Shown here: piece by piece, positions 1-11,240 of the stretch
How positions within the stretch are numbered: the first letter of the stretch is position 1
Layout of the letters: every line of letters begins with the position of its first letter
From: Tubiluchus corallicola
Taxonomy: Eukaryota; Animalia; Priapulida
Assembly: GCA_030141605.1 (NCBI GenBank)
Contig: JAQGDQ010000714.1
Span: 1 to 64,000 of the forward strand
DNA length: 64,000 nucleotides
Direction of reading: 5' to 3'
Notes under the pieces: model-generated
Told to the model about the DNA's origin: nothing
Database searches by the model: none
Seen by the model: the letters and a program-made list of their open reading frames with translations, nothing else
Translations under genes and position numbers: made by a program

Positions 1-890
1 GAAAAATTGCAAATCCAGTAGATTTTTCCATTGTTGTATGATTTACAGTTGACAAGGTTGTGAATATAAATGTGTCATTATTTCTGCTTCTTACACGATT
101 GAAACTCGACAGGGTTGTGAATATAAACGTGTCGTGGCAACAACTTCTTCTTACACGATTGAAACTCGACAGGGTTATGAATATAAACGTGTCATTATTG
201 CTAACATACACGATTGAAACTCGACAGGTTGTGAATATAAATGTAAGCCATTATTGCTGCAGCTATGTGCGTTGAAACTCAACAGGGTAGTGAATATATT
301 AGCGTCATTATTTTAGCTGTTACACGATTGAACTCGACGAGTTGTGAATACAAATGTGTCATTATTGCTGCTTTGCGCACGGTGAAACTCAACAATTTGA
401 TGATATAAATGTCATCATTGTGCTTTCGCTTCTTACGATTGAAGCTCGTGGGTTGAATATAAACGTGTCATTATTGCTGCTTCTTACACGATTGAAACTC
501 GACAGTGTTGTGAATATAAACGTGTCATTATTGCTGCTTCTTACACGATTGAAACTCGACAGGGTTGTGAATATAAACGTGTCATTATTGCTGCTTCTTA
601 CGTTGAAACTCGACAGGGCTGTGAATACTCGTATGTTTACCGGTTCTTACATGATTCAAATTTGATGGAGTTGTGAAGATAAACGTGTCATTATTGCGCT
701 TCTTCCACGATTAAAACTTGACTGGGTTGTGAAGATAAGCATGTCGCATTATTGCTAGCTGTACACACGTTGAAACTCGACTGGGTTGTGAATATAAACA
801 TGTCTCATTATTGCTGCTTCTTCCACGATTAAAAACGAGCTGGATTTACGCTTGAAGATAACGTGTCATTATTGCTCGTATTTTACAGCA
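1..890. repeat. Noisy inverted copy of ~960-1959 (57-bp minisatellite plus unique intron flank); probable fold-back artefact
   Basis: Reverse complement of 1-60 matches 1900-1959; the units carry many scattered indels absent from the other arm. Confidence 0.85.
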
Positions 891-959
891 CACTAACACC
901 ATCGGCTCGATGTATAGACAATGAACTCCGATAGCTCTTTTGCCTTCAAACAAAACATA

Positions 960-1910
960 GCACACGACAATAATGACACGTTTATCTTCACAACCCAGTC
1001 AAGTTTTAATCGTGGAAGAAGCAGCAATAATGACATGTTTATATTCACAACCCAGTCGAGTTTCAATCGTGTAAGAAGCAGCAATAATGACACGTTTATC
1101 TTCACAACCCAGTCAAGTTTTAATCGTGGAAGAAGCAGCAATAATGACATGTTTATATTCACAACCCAGTCGAGTTTCAATCGTGTAAGAAGCAGCAATA
1201 ATGACACGTTTATCTTCACAACCCAGTCAAGTTTTAATCGTGGAAGAAGCAGCAATAATGACACGTTTATCTTCACAACCTGATCAACTTTAAATCATGT
1301 AAGAACCGGCAATGACATGTTTATATTCACAGCCCTGTCGAGTTTCAATCGTGTAAGAAGCAGCAATAATGACACGTTTATATTCACAACCCTGTCGAGT
1401 TTCAATCGTGTAAGAAGCAGCAATAATAACACGTTTATATTCACAACCCTGTCGAGTTTCAATCGTGTAAGAAGCAGCAATAATGACACATTTATATTCA
1501 CAACCCTGTCGAGTTTCAATCGTGTAAGAAGCAGCAATAATGACACATTTATATTCACTACCCTGTTGAGTTTCAATCGTGCAAGAAGCAGCAATAATGA
1601 CACATTTATATTCACAACCCTGTCGAGTTTCAATCGTGTAAGAAGCAGCAATAATGACACATTTATATTCACTACCCTGTTGAGTTTCAATCGTGCAAGA
1701 AGCAGCAATAATGACACATTTATATTCACAACCCTGTCGAGTTTCAATCGTGTAAGAAGCAGCAATAATGACACGTTTATATTCACAACCCTGTCGAGTT
1801 TCAATCGTGTAAGAAGCAGCAATAATGACACGTTTATATTCACAACCCTGTCGAGTTTCAATCGTGTAAGAAGCAGAAATAATGACACATTTATATTCAC
1901 AACCTTGTCA
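960..1910. repeat. 57-bp minisatellite in GMC intron 5
   Basis: Unit ACAACCCTGTCGAGTTTCAATCGTGTAAGAAGCAGCAATAATGACACGTTTATATTC; two variants alternate in 960-1280. Confidence 0.95.
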
Positions 1911-1991
1911 ACTGTAAATCATATAACAATGGAAAAATCTACTGGATTTGCAATTTTTCAAAAATGCAATAATTGTGTCGTATTTTCCTAC

Positions 1992-2113
1992 CTTGGTAAC
2001 ATGGGCAGAAGTAGCAACATGTAAATTAGACCGTTGCATTGCTGGCCGCAAGAATGCATCCGCCGTTGTCTGCCTTTCTCCATTGTGTACGTTTGACTGT
2101 CCTCTCATGACAC
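1992..2113 (-). CDS. GMC oxidoreductase, coding exon 5 (last one visible)
   Basis: (G)VMRGQSNVHNGERQTTADAFLRPAMQRSNLHVATSAHVTK; AG acceptor and GT donor; phase consistent with exon 4. Confidence 0.92.
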
Positions 2114-2224
2114 CTAGATGAGCAAAACTGTTTTCAAAATGGAATGATCTCACAAGAAGTCAGCAAATGTGTTAATCAGAGATGACATTGCATTACTATT
2201 TGAAGAACAAGTAAATCTTTTATT

Positions 2225-2440
2225 TACGTAAAGCTTAAAAATTTGTCTTGAAATTTTTTGTTACTTATATACTGTATCATCGCACACAGGACTCGTATTA
2301 GTAACAATGCTGTATAAAACTTGTAAATATAAACTCCTGCCATGACCGCTAGGTGCACGTGTTTTCATGGTAAGTCACTTAAAATAAGTTTAGACAACAT
2401 TGCATAAATTTTGAAAAATAATCTGAGCATTCGTAGCTCA
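2225..2440. mobile_element. Dispersed repeat fragment (related copy at ~11975-12190)
   Basis: Shared TAAAGCTTAAAA...CTGTATAAAACTTG...ATGGTAAGTCA...AAGTTTAGA blocks. Confidence 0.6.
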
Positions 2441-2802
2441 CGCTGTTGATAAGATTAATTGCGTGTCTTTTTGGTGAGTCAGTGATGCACACTGGGAAGG
2501 TGAGTGTGTGGTGTTTTACCAGTCGGCACGAACATTTAAATTACTAAGAATTTTCTTTTCTCGTTACATAACTCTTTCAAACAGCTAAGCATAATGCAAA
2601 GTAACTCTAGTATGTATAAATTATTATACAATCTATGGTTTACGGGACATTCTAAAGTTGTGTTTTCCCCTTTAAAGAGACACGTAATCTTTGGAACAGA
2701 CTAGGCAGTAACATGAATGGTAAATAAACAAAAATTGTCATCGGGTCGCCTGCTGTTTTTGCATTGCGTCAAACGTTGTTAGCAACATTAGCAGTTTAGT
2801 AC

Positions 2803-2934
2803 CAAACTGATCCTCTCCATTCAAATCTCCAACTCTGAATCCAATTTCTTTTGCTGCCTCGATAAACGTATCCACGAGCTCCGTATTCCATATGGATTCC
2901 GTGACCACTAGAGGTCCGCCATGTCCATGATAAT
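2803..2934 (-). CDS. GMC oxidoreductase, coding exon 4
   Basis: (D)YHGHGGPLVVTESIWNTELVDTFIEAAKEIGFRVGDLNGEDQF; YHGxxGPL motif; AG/GT boundaries. Not in the ORF track. Confidence 0.92.
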
Positions 2935-3044
2935 CTAATTGAACCGAATCAGAAAGTGAATAAGTTTACAATATTTTCATGTTTGTTTTATTAATATCAA
3001 CAAAAGAATTTATAATAATAAACAACACTTGCACAGAAACGAAC

Positions 3045-3234
3045 CAGAGTCCTTCAGCTGGGGGATTTGAATGTCTTCCGACTTCTTGAAGTACGGCAGG
3101 ACGTCTTTATACGACCACCCTGTAGCACCCATCTTCTCCCAAAGATTGTAGTCCTCTTTATTTCCTCGTATGTAAGCCATTCCGTTGATGGCACTAGATC
3201 CTCCCAGAACTCTTCCTCGTGGCCACAAACTTTG
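3045..3234 (-). CDS. GMC oxidoreductase, coding exon 3
   Basis: [32 protein letters not shown]...[15 protein letters not shown], the GMC family signature. Confidence 0.96.
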
Positions 3235-3519
3235 CTACAAAGCAGAGAGTTAAATTAAACAAAGCAGATTACAGAGGTATGTGAAAGACAGAATGCTTTG
3301 AATTAGGTGGTATTTTTTACCATTAACCTAATCAGTTATTACCAAAGCTGCAACGTTTGTTGTGCATTAGTTGGTTTAACAGCAAAATCCATTTGATATT
3401 TTAAGATTTTCTCATATCTTTGTATTTGTGGATCAGAAACTCCCTGTTTGCATAGCTAGGGCTTGACACACAATAACGTCTTTACTGAGCCCACTGACCC
3501 GAAAAATATACCCTATTGC

Positions 3520-4412
3520 CAAACTCTTTGCTGAAGTATAGAATTCTCTAATGCCTAATTCTTTGCTGAAGTATAGAATTCCCTAATGCCTAATTCTTTG
3601 CTGAAGTGTAGAATTACCTAATGCCTAACTCTTTGCCGAAGTATAGAATTCCCTAACGCCTAATTCTTTGCCGAAGAATAGAATTCCCTAATGCCCAATT
3701 CTTTGCGGAAGTATAGAATTCCCTAATGCCTAATTCTTTGCTGAAGTACAGAATTCCCTAATGCCTAATTCTTTGCTGAAGAATAGGATTCTCTAAAGCC
3801 TAATTCTTTGCTAAGTATAGAATTCCCTAATGCTTAATTCTTTGCTGAAGTATAGAATTCTCTAAAGCCTAATTCTTTGCTGAAGTATAGAATTCCCTAA
3901 TGCCTAATTCTTTGCTGAAGTATAGAATTCCCTAATGCCTAACTCTTTGCTGAAGAATAGAATTCCCTAATGCTTAATTCTTTGCGGAAGTATAGAATTC
4001 CCTAATGCCTAATTCTTTGCTGAAGTACAGAATTCCCTAATGCCTAATTCTTTGCTGAAGAATAGGATTCTCTAAAGCCTAATTCTTTGCTAAGTATAGA
4101 ATTCCCTAATGCTTATTGCTAAGTATAGAATTCCCTAATGCTTAATTCTTTGCTGAAGTATAGAATTCTCTAAAGCCTAATTCTTTGCTGAAGTATAGAA
4201 TTCCCTAATGCCTAATTCTTTGCTGAAGTATAGAATTCCCTAATACCTAACTCTTTGCTGAAGAATAGAATTCCCTAATGCCTAATTCTTTGCTGAAGAA
4301 TAGAATTCCCTAATGCCTAATTCTTTGCTGAAGTATAGAATTCTCTAAAGCCTAATTCTTTGCTCAAGCTGAAGTATAGAATTCCCTAATGCCTAGTTCT
4401 TTGCTGAAGTAT
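3520..4412. repeat. 35-bp minisatellite (~25 copies) in GMC intron 2
   Basis: Unit CTAATTCTTTGCTGAAGTATAGAATTCCCTAATGC. Confidence 0.95.
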
Positions 4413-4499
4413 CTCCTTAGACACTATCACAGCTGTATAAGCTATGATGGTTTCACTGTTATACCAGTCAGTAATAATTTTTCACAATTTGTCATTTTA

Positions 4500-6166
4500 A
4501 ATCTTAGTCTGGTACCTGCCTGATTTTCACACATCTTCGTCTGGTACCTGCCTGATTTTCACACATCTTAGTCTGGTACCTGCCTGATTTTCACACATCT
4601 TAGTCTGGTACTTGCCTGATTTTCACACATCTTAATCTGGTACTTGTCTGATTTTCACACATCTTAGTCTGGTACTGGCCTGATTTTCATGCATCTTAGT
4701 CTAGTATGTGCCTGATTTTCACACATCTTAGTTTGGTACTTACTTGATTTTCACACATCTTAATCTGGTACTTGCCTGATTTTCACACATCTTAGTCTGG
4801 TACCTGCCTGATTTTCACACATCTTAGTCTGGTACCTGCCTGATTTTCACACATCTTAGTCTGGTACTTACCTGATTTTCACACATCTTAGTCTGGTATG
4901 TGCCTGATTTTCACACATGTTAAACTGGTACTTGCCTGATTTTCACACATCTTAGTCTGGTATGTGCCTGATTTTCACACATCTTAAACTGGTACTTGCA
5001 TGATTTTCACACATCAGTCTGGTACTTGCCTGATTTTCACACATCTTAAACTGGTACTTGTCTGATTTTCACGCATCTTAGTCTGGTACTGGCCTGATTT
5101 TCATGCATCTTAGTCTAGTATGTGCCTGATTTTCACACATCTTAGTTTGGTACTGGCCTGATTTTCACACATCTTAGTCTGGTATATGCCTGATTTTCAC
5201 ACATCTTAAACTGGTACTTGTCTGATTTTCACGCATCTTAGTCTGGTACTGGCCTGATTTTCATGCATCTTAGTCTAGTACGTGCCTGATTTTCACACAT
5301 CTTAGTTTGGTACTTACTTGATTTTCACACATCTTAGTCTGGTATATGCCTGATTTTCACACATCTTAATCTGGTACTTGCCTGATTTTCACACATCTTA
5401 GTCTGGTACCTGCCTGATTTTCACACATCTTAGTCTGGTACTTGTCTGATTTTCACACATCTTAGTCTGGTATGTGCCTGATTTTCACACATCTTAAACT
5501 GGTACTTGCCTGATTTTCACACATCTTAGTCTGGTACCTGCCTGATTTTCACACATCTTAGTCTGGTACTTACCTGATTTTCACACATCATAGTCTGGTA
5601 CCTGCCTGATTTTCACACATCTTAGTCTGGTACTTACCTGATTTTCACACATCTTAGTCTGGTATGTGCCTGATTTTCACACATCTTAAACTGGTACTAG
5701 CATGATTTTCACACATCTTAGTCTGGTACTTGCCTGATTTTCACACATCTTAAACTGGTACTTGTCTGATTTTCACACATCTTAGTCTGGTACTGGCCTG
5801 ATTTTCATGCATCTTAGTCTAGTACGTGCCTGATTTTCACACATCTTAGTCTGGTACTGGCCTGATTTTCATGCATCTTAGTCTAGTACGTACTTGATTT
5901 TCACACATCTTAATCTGGTACTTGCATGATTTTCACACATCTTAGTCTGGTACTTGCCTAATTTTCACACATCTTAATCTGATACTTGTCTGATTTTCAC
6001 ACATCTTAGCCTGTTACTTGCCTGATTTTCACACATCTTAGTCTGTTACTTGCCTGATTTTCACACATCTTAGTCTGTTACTTGCCTGATTTAACGCATT
6101 TTAGTCTGGTACGTGCCTTATCTTCACACATTTTAGTCTGGTACTTGCCTGATTTTCACACATCTT
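4500..6166. repeat. 32-bp minisatellite (~50 copies) whose unit spans the exon 2 end and its splice donor
   Basis: Unit CTTAGTCTGGTACTTGCCTGATTTTCACACAT; minus strand reads ATGTGTGAAAATCAG|GCAAGTACCAGACTAAG. Confidence 0.95.
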
Positions 6167-6357
6167 GCAAGCATCTTTCTGTGGCACTGTCCTATAGCTC
6201 CAGTCGTACTTAGTATTACGAATCATCCCGTGCATGGCCGGTTGACGTATATCAAGATTTTCAACATCGTCAATTCCTGCTTCTAGTAGCAACACTGTAA
6301 AATTAGGATTCTCCGACAGTCTGCTTGCGACGACACAACCTGCAGTTCCTCCTCCAA
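6149..6357 (-). CDS. GMC oxidoreductase, coding exon 2 (FAD-binding Rossmann motif), GC donor
   Basis: (V)GGGTAGCVVASRLSENPNFTVLLLEAG...YDWSYRTVPQKDACKMCENQ; donor CAG|GCAAGT gives phase 0, matching exon 3. Confidence 0.93.
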
Positions 6358-7502
6358 CTGTAACAAATACAATTAATTACTGCTGTTATATCATTCAATT
6401 AGTTCCTAAAGTTTACATATTCATTGGATCTTTCTAATATTTCCAACTGACACTCTAAAAATGTTCATACACCGTCTGCTCGAGTTGCGATCTTTTAAAT
6501 ATTTTTCCCTCTGACCCCTTTTCTGTGGAATTCTATCTTAAACTCATTTCTCTGAAAATTACAACTTCTCTTAATTCAAGAGAAATACCAACAGATACAC
6601 TCTACCACTAGCCAGTTAGTAGTTTGAATTCCATGTTTATGACGAATAGGTATTCATATCTACTTATTTCTAATCACCAATGTCTTTATTTGATGTGATT
6701 TATGTAAAAACAGAGCAGGGCCTGGCCCTACCACTGGTTGCCTAGCCCTAGGGGGTGAAATTCTCGAAGTAATTCTTTAATTTATAGATTTGGCATAAGT
6801 AATAACATAGTGTATGTATAATACATAAATCGCAGGACGTCAGTCAACCAGCGGGGGTCCATCTTGTAGTGGTTAATCAGACCCACAATCACCCGCTGTA
6901 TTTTGTCTCTAGTTTTTCGATTGCTTGCGCCAGGACTTACTACCAACTTCTGTGATACATTTGCATGTGAAGCTGTTTGCATGACATGTGCTTGGGACAC
7001 GTGTAAAGTGGATGTCCGCTAGCCAGAAAGGTTAGAAGTACGACTTGTGAGTTTGCCCAATGCAAAAAACCACTTAGACAAGCATCACCAAGGGTCAAGC
7101 ATGTGGGAGCATAATGGATTGCTCAACCCGTTCAAAATTAATAAAATTCTGTTGTCTGCTCGAAGTTTCCCATGTTCTATTGTTACTGATGGCTACATGT
7201 AGATAAGACAGATTTCTTTTATTTTAGAATTCTGAATGCCCAATGTCTACAAAGACGTGACGGGTGCATGATGATGATGATGATGTAGATGTGCGGGCAT
7301 GCTATATCAACACTTAACGTACTGGAATAAAATTCAGATACTGTACAGCATAATATAAGATTTTTTTCGTTGCGCGTGACTGTATGAATGAACACTAGAC
7401 TGTACGTTTTGTACTTAATAATGTTCACAAAGTTTAGCTCGGGTAGCATACTTGATTTTTATCAAGTTTATTCACAGCTATATATATATTATATTGTATT
7501 GT

Positions 7503-7838
7503 ATATTATATCATATCATATCATATCATATCATATCTTATCTTATCTTATCTTATCTTATCTTATCTTATCTTATCTTATCTTATCTTATCTTATCTTA
7601 TCTTATCTTATCTTATCTTATCTTATCTTATCTTACCTTACCTTACCTTACCTTACCTTACCTTACCTTACCTTACCTTACCTTACCTTACCTTACCTTA
7701 CCTTACCTTACCTTACCTTACCTTACCTTACCTTACATTACATTACATTACATTACATTACATTACATTACATTACATTACATTACATTATATTATATTA
7801 TATTATATCACATCACATATTATATTATATTATGATAT
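7503..7838. repeat. Compound pentanucleotide microsatellite
   Basis: (TATCA)n-(TCTTA)n-(CCTTA)n-(CATTA)n-(TATTA)n. Confidence 0.97.
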
Positions 7839-8246
7839 AACTGCCCAATTTTAATGAGAATGAAACAAACTGCTTGCGTTATTTTCCTGTCAGAACAGTG
7901 CCTTTTATTATCCCATTGTTGCTCATTTGCTCTTAACATAGCACAGTGATCAGGGTCACGTGATTGGCAAGTGAAGTTAAGGTGCTGAGGTTGGTCGGTG
8001 GATGGATGGGTGCACTGGTTCGATTGTCGTTCTGGTTAGTTTCATTCGCTGTATTAATTCTTGCTGTTTAGCTCATACGGGGAGGGTCACACGTATGTGG
8101 CTATGATAGCCTTGTCTTGATAAGTACCTACGTCCTGGTCTTGCCACATGCACTGAAACTAAGTAATCTCTGCCACTGAATGCTGTATTGAGACTTACAG
8201 TGTGTTGACTCGTACAGGAAAAGCTCAAATATAAAAATCAACTTAC

Positions 8247-8364
8247 CGATGACGTAATCATAACCCTCATCTGGATCCTCCCTGATAATACTAACTTTCT
8301 TCTTGTTGCTCACATAAATAACAGCCGCCACTAATGCAATGATAGGTGCTATTCTGCCAAACAT
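8247..8364 (-). CDS. GMC oxidoreductase, coding exon 1 (signal peptide/anchor)
   Basis: MFGRIAPIIALVAAVIYVSNKKKVSIIREDPDEGYDYVI then G|GTAAGT; joins exon 2 to give YDYVIVGGGTAG. Confidence 0.9.
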
Positions 8365-8697
8365 TTTGTAATAAATCACTCTTTCAGATTAGCACCACTT
8401 TTATTTACAACGTAAAGCTTACGTGCACAATAGGGCTAGGCTATAGTATAATTCATTCAGTCTAACAGGTAAAAAAAACAGGTATGCAAAGTGATTACCA
8501 ACAGGTAAGATATGTTGACAGGTAATGCCTAGATTTTCAACACATGATCCACTGTGTACAGGTGTGTTTGTCCTTGGACAGAACCCCGGCCCCAGGGTTG
8601 TATATCTAGGCCTCGCTGCTTGACGTACTTGTACTATACATAAACAATTTACCCAAGTTTCGTGTCTAAGTTCAATTTATCTTATCACTGTACGTAC

Positions 8698-9000
8698 AAG
8701 CAGTAGGAAGGGCTAGTTTATAAAACCACCGTAGTTGTTTGTATAAAATACACATTTTCACAACACTAGCTGCAGCCTAGATGCAGGCAACTGATCCTTA
8801 TAAACCCAGTTTTTCCCTCGGGCTGCTTGTACACAGAACCTGACAATTGTTTCCTTCACTACATACAAACAGTAGGAAGGGCTAGTTTATAAAACCACCG
8901 CAGTTCTTTGTATAACATTCACATTTTCACAGCGCTAGCTGAAACTGATCCCTATAAACCCAGTTTTTTCCCTCGGGCTGCTTGTACACAGAACCTGACA
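8698..9000. repeat. Direct duplication of ~150 bp upstream of the GMC start
   Basis: CAGTAGGAAGGGCTAGTTTATAAAACCACCG...GTACACAGAACCTGACA present twice. Confidence 0.85.
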
Positions 9001-9135
9001 TGTTTCCTCCACACCTGCAACCTCGCTCAATTCCCAGCATATTGCCTTTGTAACACTGTCTATAGTAATTATTCACTAAAATATTTATAATATGATTCCG
9101 ACTAAAGGAAATAATATTGCATTTTTAACGAACTT

Positions 9136-10050
9136 AATAGAATATAGAATAGAATAGAAATCTTTATTGCAAAAATTATACACTAGTACAGAGTAAAATA
9201 AATGACATAGATAAAATCAGTGTATAATCAGTCAGTGACAGTGTGCAATTGTGTCAGCTAGTGTAAGTTAAAAATCATAAGAATAAAAACATTAAAATAC
9301 TAGATTACATATCTACAAATTTGTCTACATGATGGTGACTTATGAAATATTGTGAATTTTAATACTTTTTATAGTTTTTGATACTTTTTTACCATGTAAG
9401 TTTCCGTATGAGTAGTATATTTTTATAGTACAGACACTTATATTATGATGAGTTTACGAGTCCAAAGCGTTACGCGTTCTTCTATAATCTCCAATTACTG
9501 ATGAATTCTACTTTACTGTTTTTAAATAAGGGTCTTTTGTGAGTTAGGAGCTTGTTTTTAGTTCTGTTTTAAATGTTGTTAATCCGTCTTTTAATTTTAT
9601 ACTTAAGGGTGCTGAATTCCATAAGTTGATTGCTGTTTTGCTTACTGAATTGTGTCCATATGTGTTTTTTGTAAGCAACTGTTTTAGATTATAGGTGCGT
9701 TCGTTTTATATTTATCGAACATAAACGATAAAGTATTTTCTTTGAAAGCAGAAATTATATTATTTATATATTTAAATAGAAATATTAAGGTATGGTAATG
9801 GATATTTGATTCTATAGTGGGTATTCTTAATTTTTCTCTATTGGTAGTCGCTGAGTATATATGGTGTTTTATTTCTCTTTTTTAGATAAGTGGCCTAGTA
9901 CATGTTTGAGTGCATAATTTTGAGTTTGAGTTTTATCTAGTCTGTCTGTTTGGGTTTTAGAACAGCCATAAGTTAAATATTTATAGTTATATATAGTTAA
10001 AGTAATTTATATATTTTTATATCTATGTGGAATAAACGACTTATTAAATT
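9136..10050 (-). mobile_element. Degenerate LINE 3' end (CR1/L2-group-like)
   Basis: Minus-strand ...TYGHNSVSKTAINLWNSAPLSIKLKDGLTTFKTELK; AATAAA followed by a (TTCTA)n tail. Confidence 0.7.
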
Positions 10051-10453
10051 AAGTAAAATTCACCTTGCTCAGTGAAACGTTACTTCACGTTAGATACTGC
10101 GTGTAACTCTTTCGCCAGCAGGTGAGTTTTGCATTGCTCTGCCATCTAATGGTTGAAAATCAAATCAATGTCGGCGGTGGAATACGGTTTCTTGCAGTAA
10201 CATGTTTATAACGAGCTATCGTAAAACAATAACAGCGTTATAAACGATGTTGATTTAAACAAAATCTAACCATATTTTTCGTTGCCTTTTAGCTGTTTTG
10301 TTTAAAGTAAGTAGCTGCATTGAATTATATTATATATATATGAAATTATATATATATATGAAATTTATATATGAAATCTTTATAATTAATTTATGATTCT
10401 GCATTGTTATTAGGGTTCATTTATATATTGTTTTTAGTGTACATAACATTAAA

Positions 10454-10587
10454 TTTATAGTAAAAATACAGCAAATTTATTAAAATTTTTAATTTACATA
10501 GTTAAAAATCATATCGAAACGTTTGACATGATTTTTAACTACGTAAATTAGAAATTTTAATAAATTTGTTTTGTTTTAACTATAAAT
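10454..10587. repeat. ~134-bp imperfect palindrome made of two Penelope-like terminal segments
   Basis: Arms are reverse complements centred on AAACGTTT; homologous to 16943-17018. Confidence 0.8.
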
Positions 10588-10849
10588 GTTTATAAGTCCT
10601 TGTAATAACATCATTGACATAGAATTAAACTTGTTCTTAGCTGTTAGTTAGTAGTTTGTCAGTTAGTTAGTTGGTACGCGAGTTAGCATAAACATGATAA
10701 TGTTAAAAGACAAATAAAAGTGCAAGAACTAAAATTTGATGATAATATAAAGTGAAATGGAATGATCTAAAATCGACAGAAATATAATTTAGTAGATAGG
10801 TAAACTACAGTACAACGAAATAATTATAACAAAATTCAATTAAACTAAA

Positions 10850-11240
10850 GTGAAGTGAATTGAAATGAGGTGAAGTGAATTGAAGTGAGGCGAAGTGAAG
10901 TGAAGTAAGGTGAGGTGAAGTGAATTGAAGTGAGGCGAGGTGAAATGAAGTAAGGTGAGGTGAAGTGAATTAAAGTGAGGCGAGGTGAAGTAAAGTGATG
11001 TAAGGTGAGGTGAAGTGAATTGAAGTGAGGCGAGGTGAAGTGAAGTAAGGTGAGGTGAAGTGAAATGAAGTGAGACGAAGTGAAATGAAGTAAGGTGAGG
11101 TGAAGTGAAGTAAGGTGAGGAGAAGTGAAATGAAGTGAAGTAAGGTGAAGTGAAGTAAATTGAAGTGAAGTAAGGTAAGGTGAAGTGAATTGAAGCGAGG
11201 CGAAGTGAAGTGAAGTAAGGTGAGGTGAAGTGAAGTGAAA
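10850..11240. repeat. Degenerate pentamer satellite (GTGAA/GTGAG/GTAAG)
   Basis: Direct inspection. Confidence 0.95.

Noticed and set aside
60-2024. Long ORFs with 19-aa repeats on both strands
   Set aside because: By-product of a 57-bp minisatellite lacking stops in some frames; lies in an intron and a fold-back.
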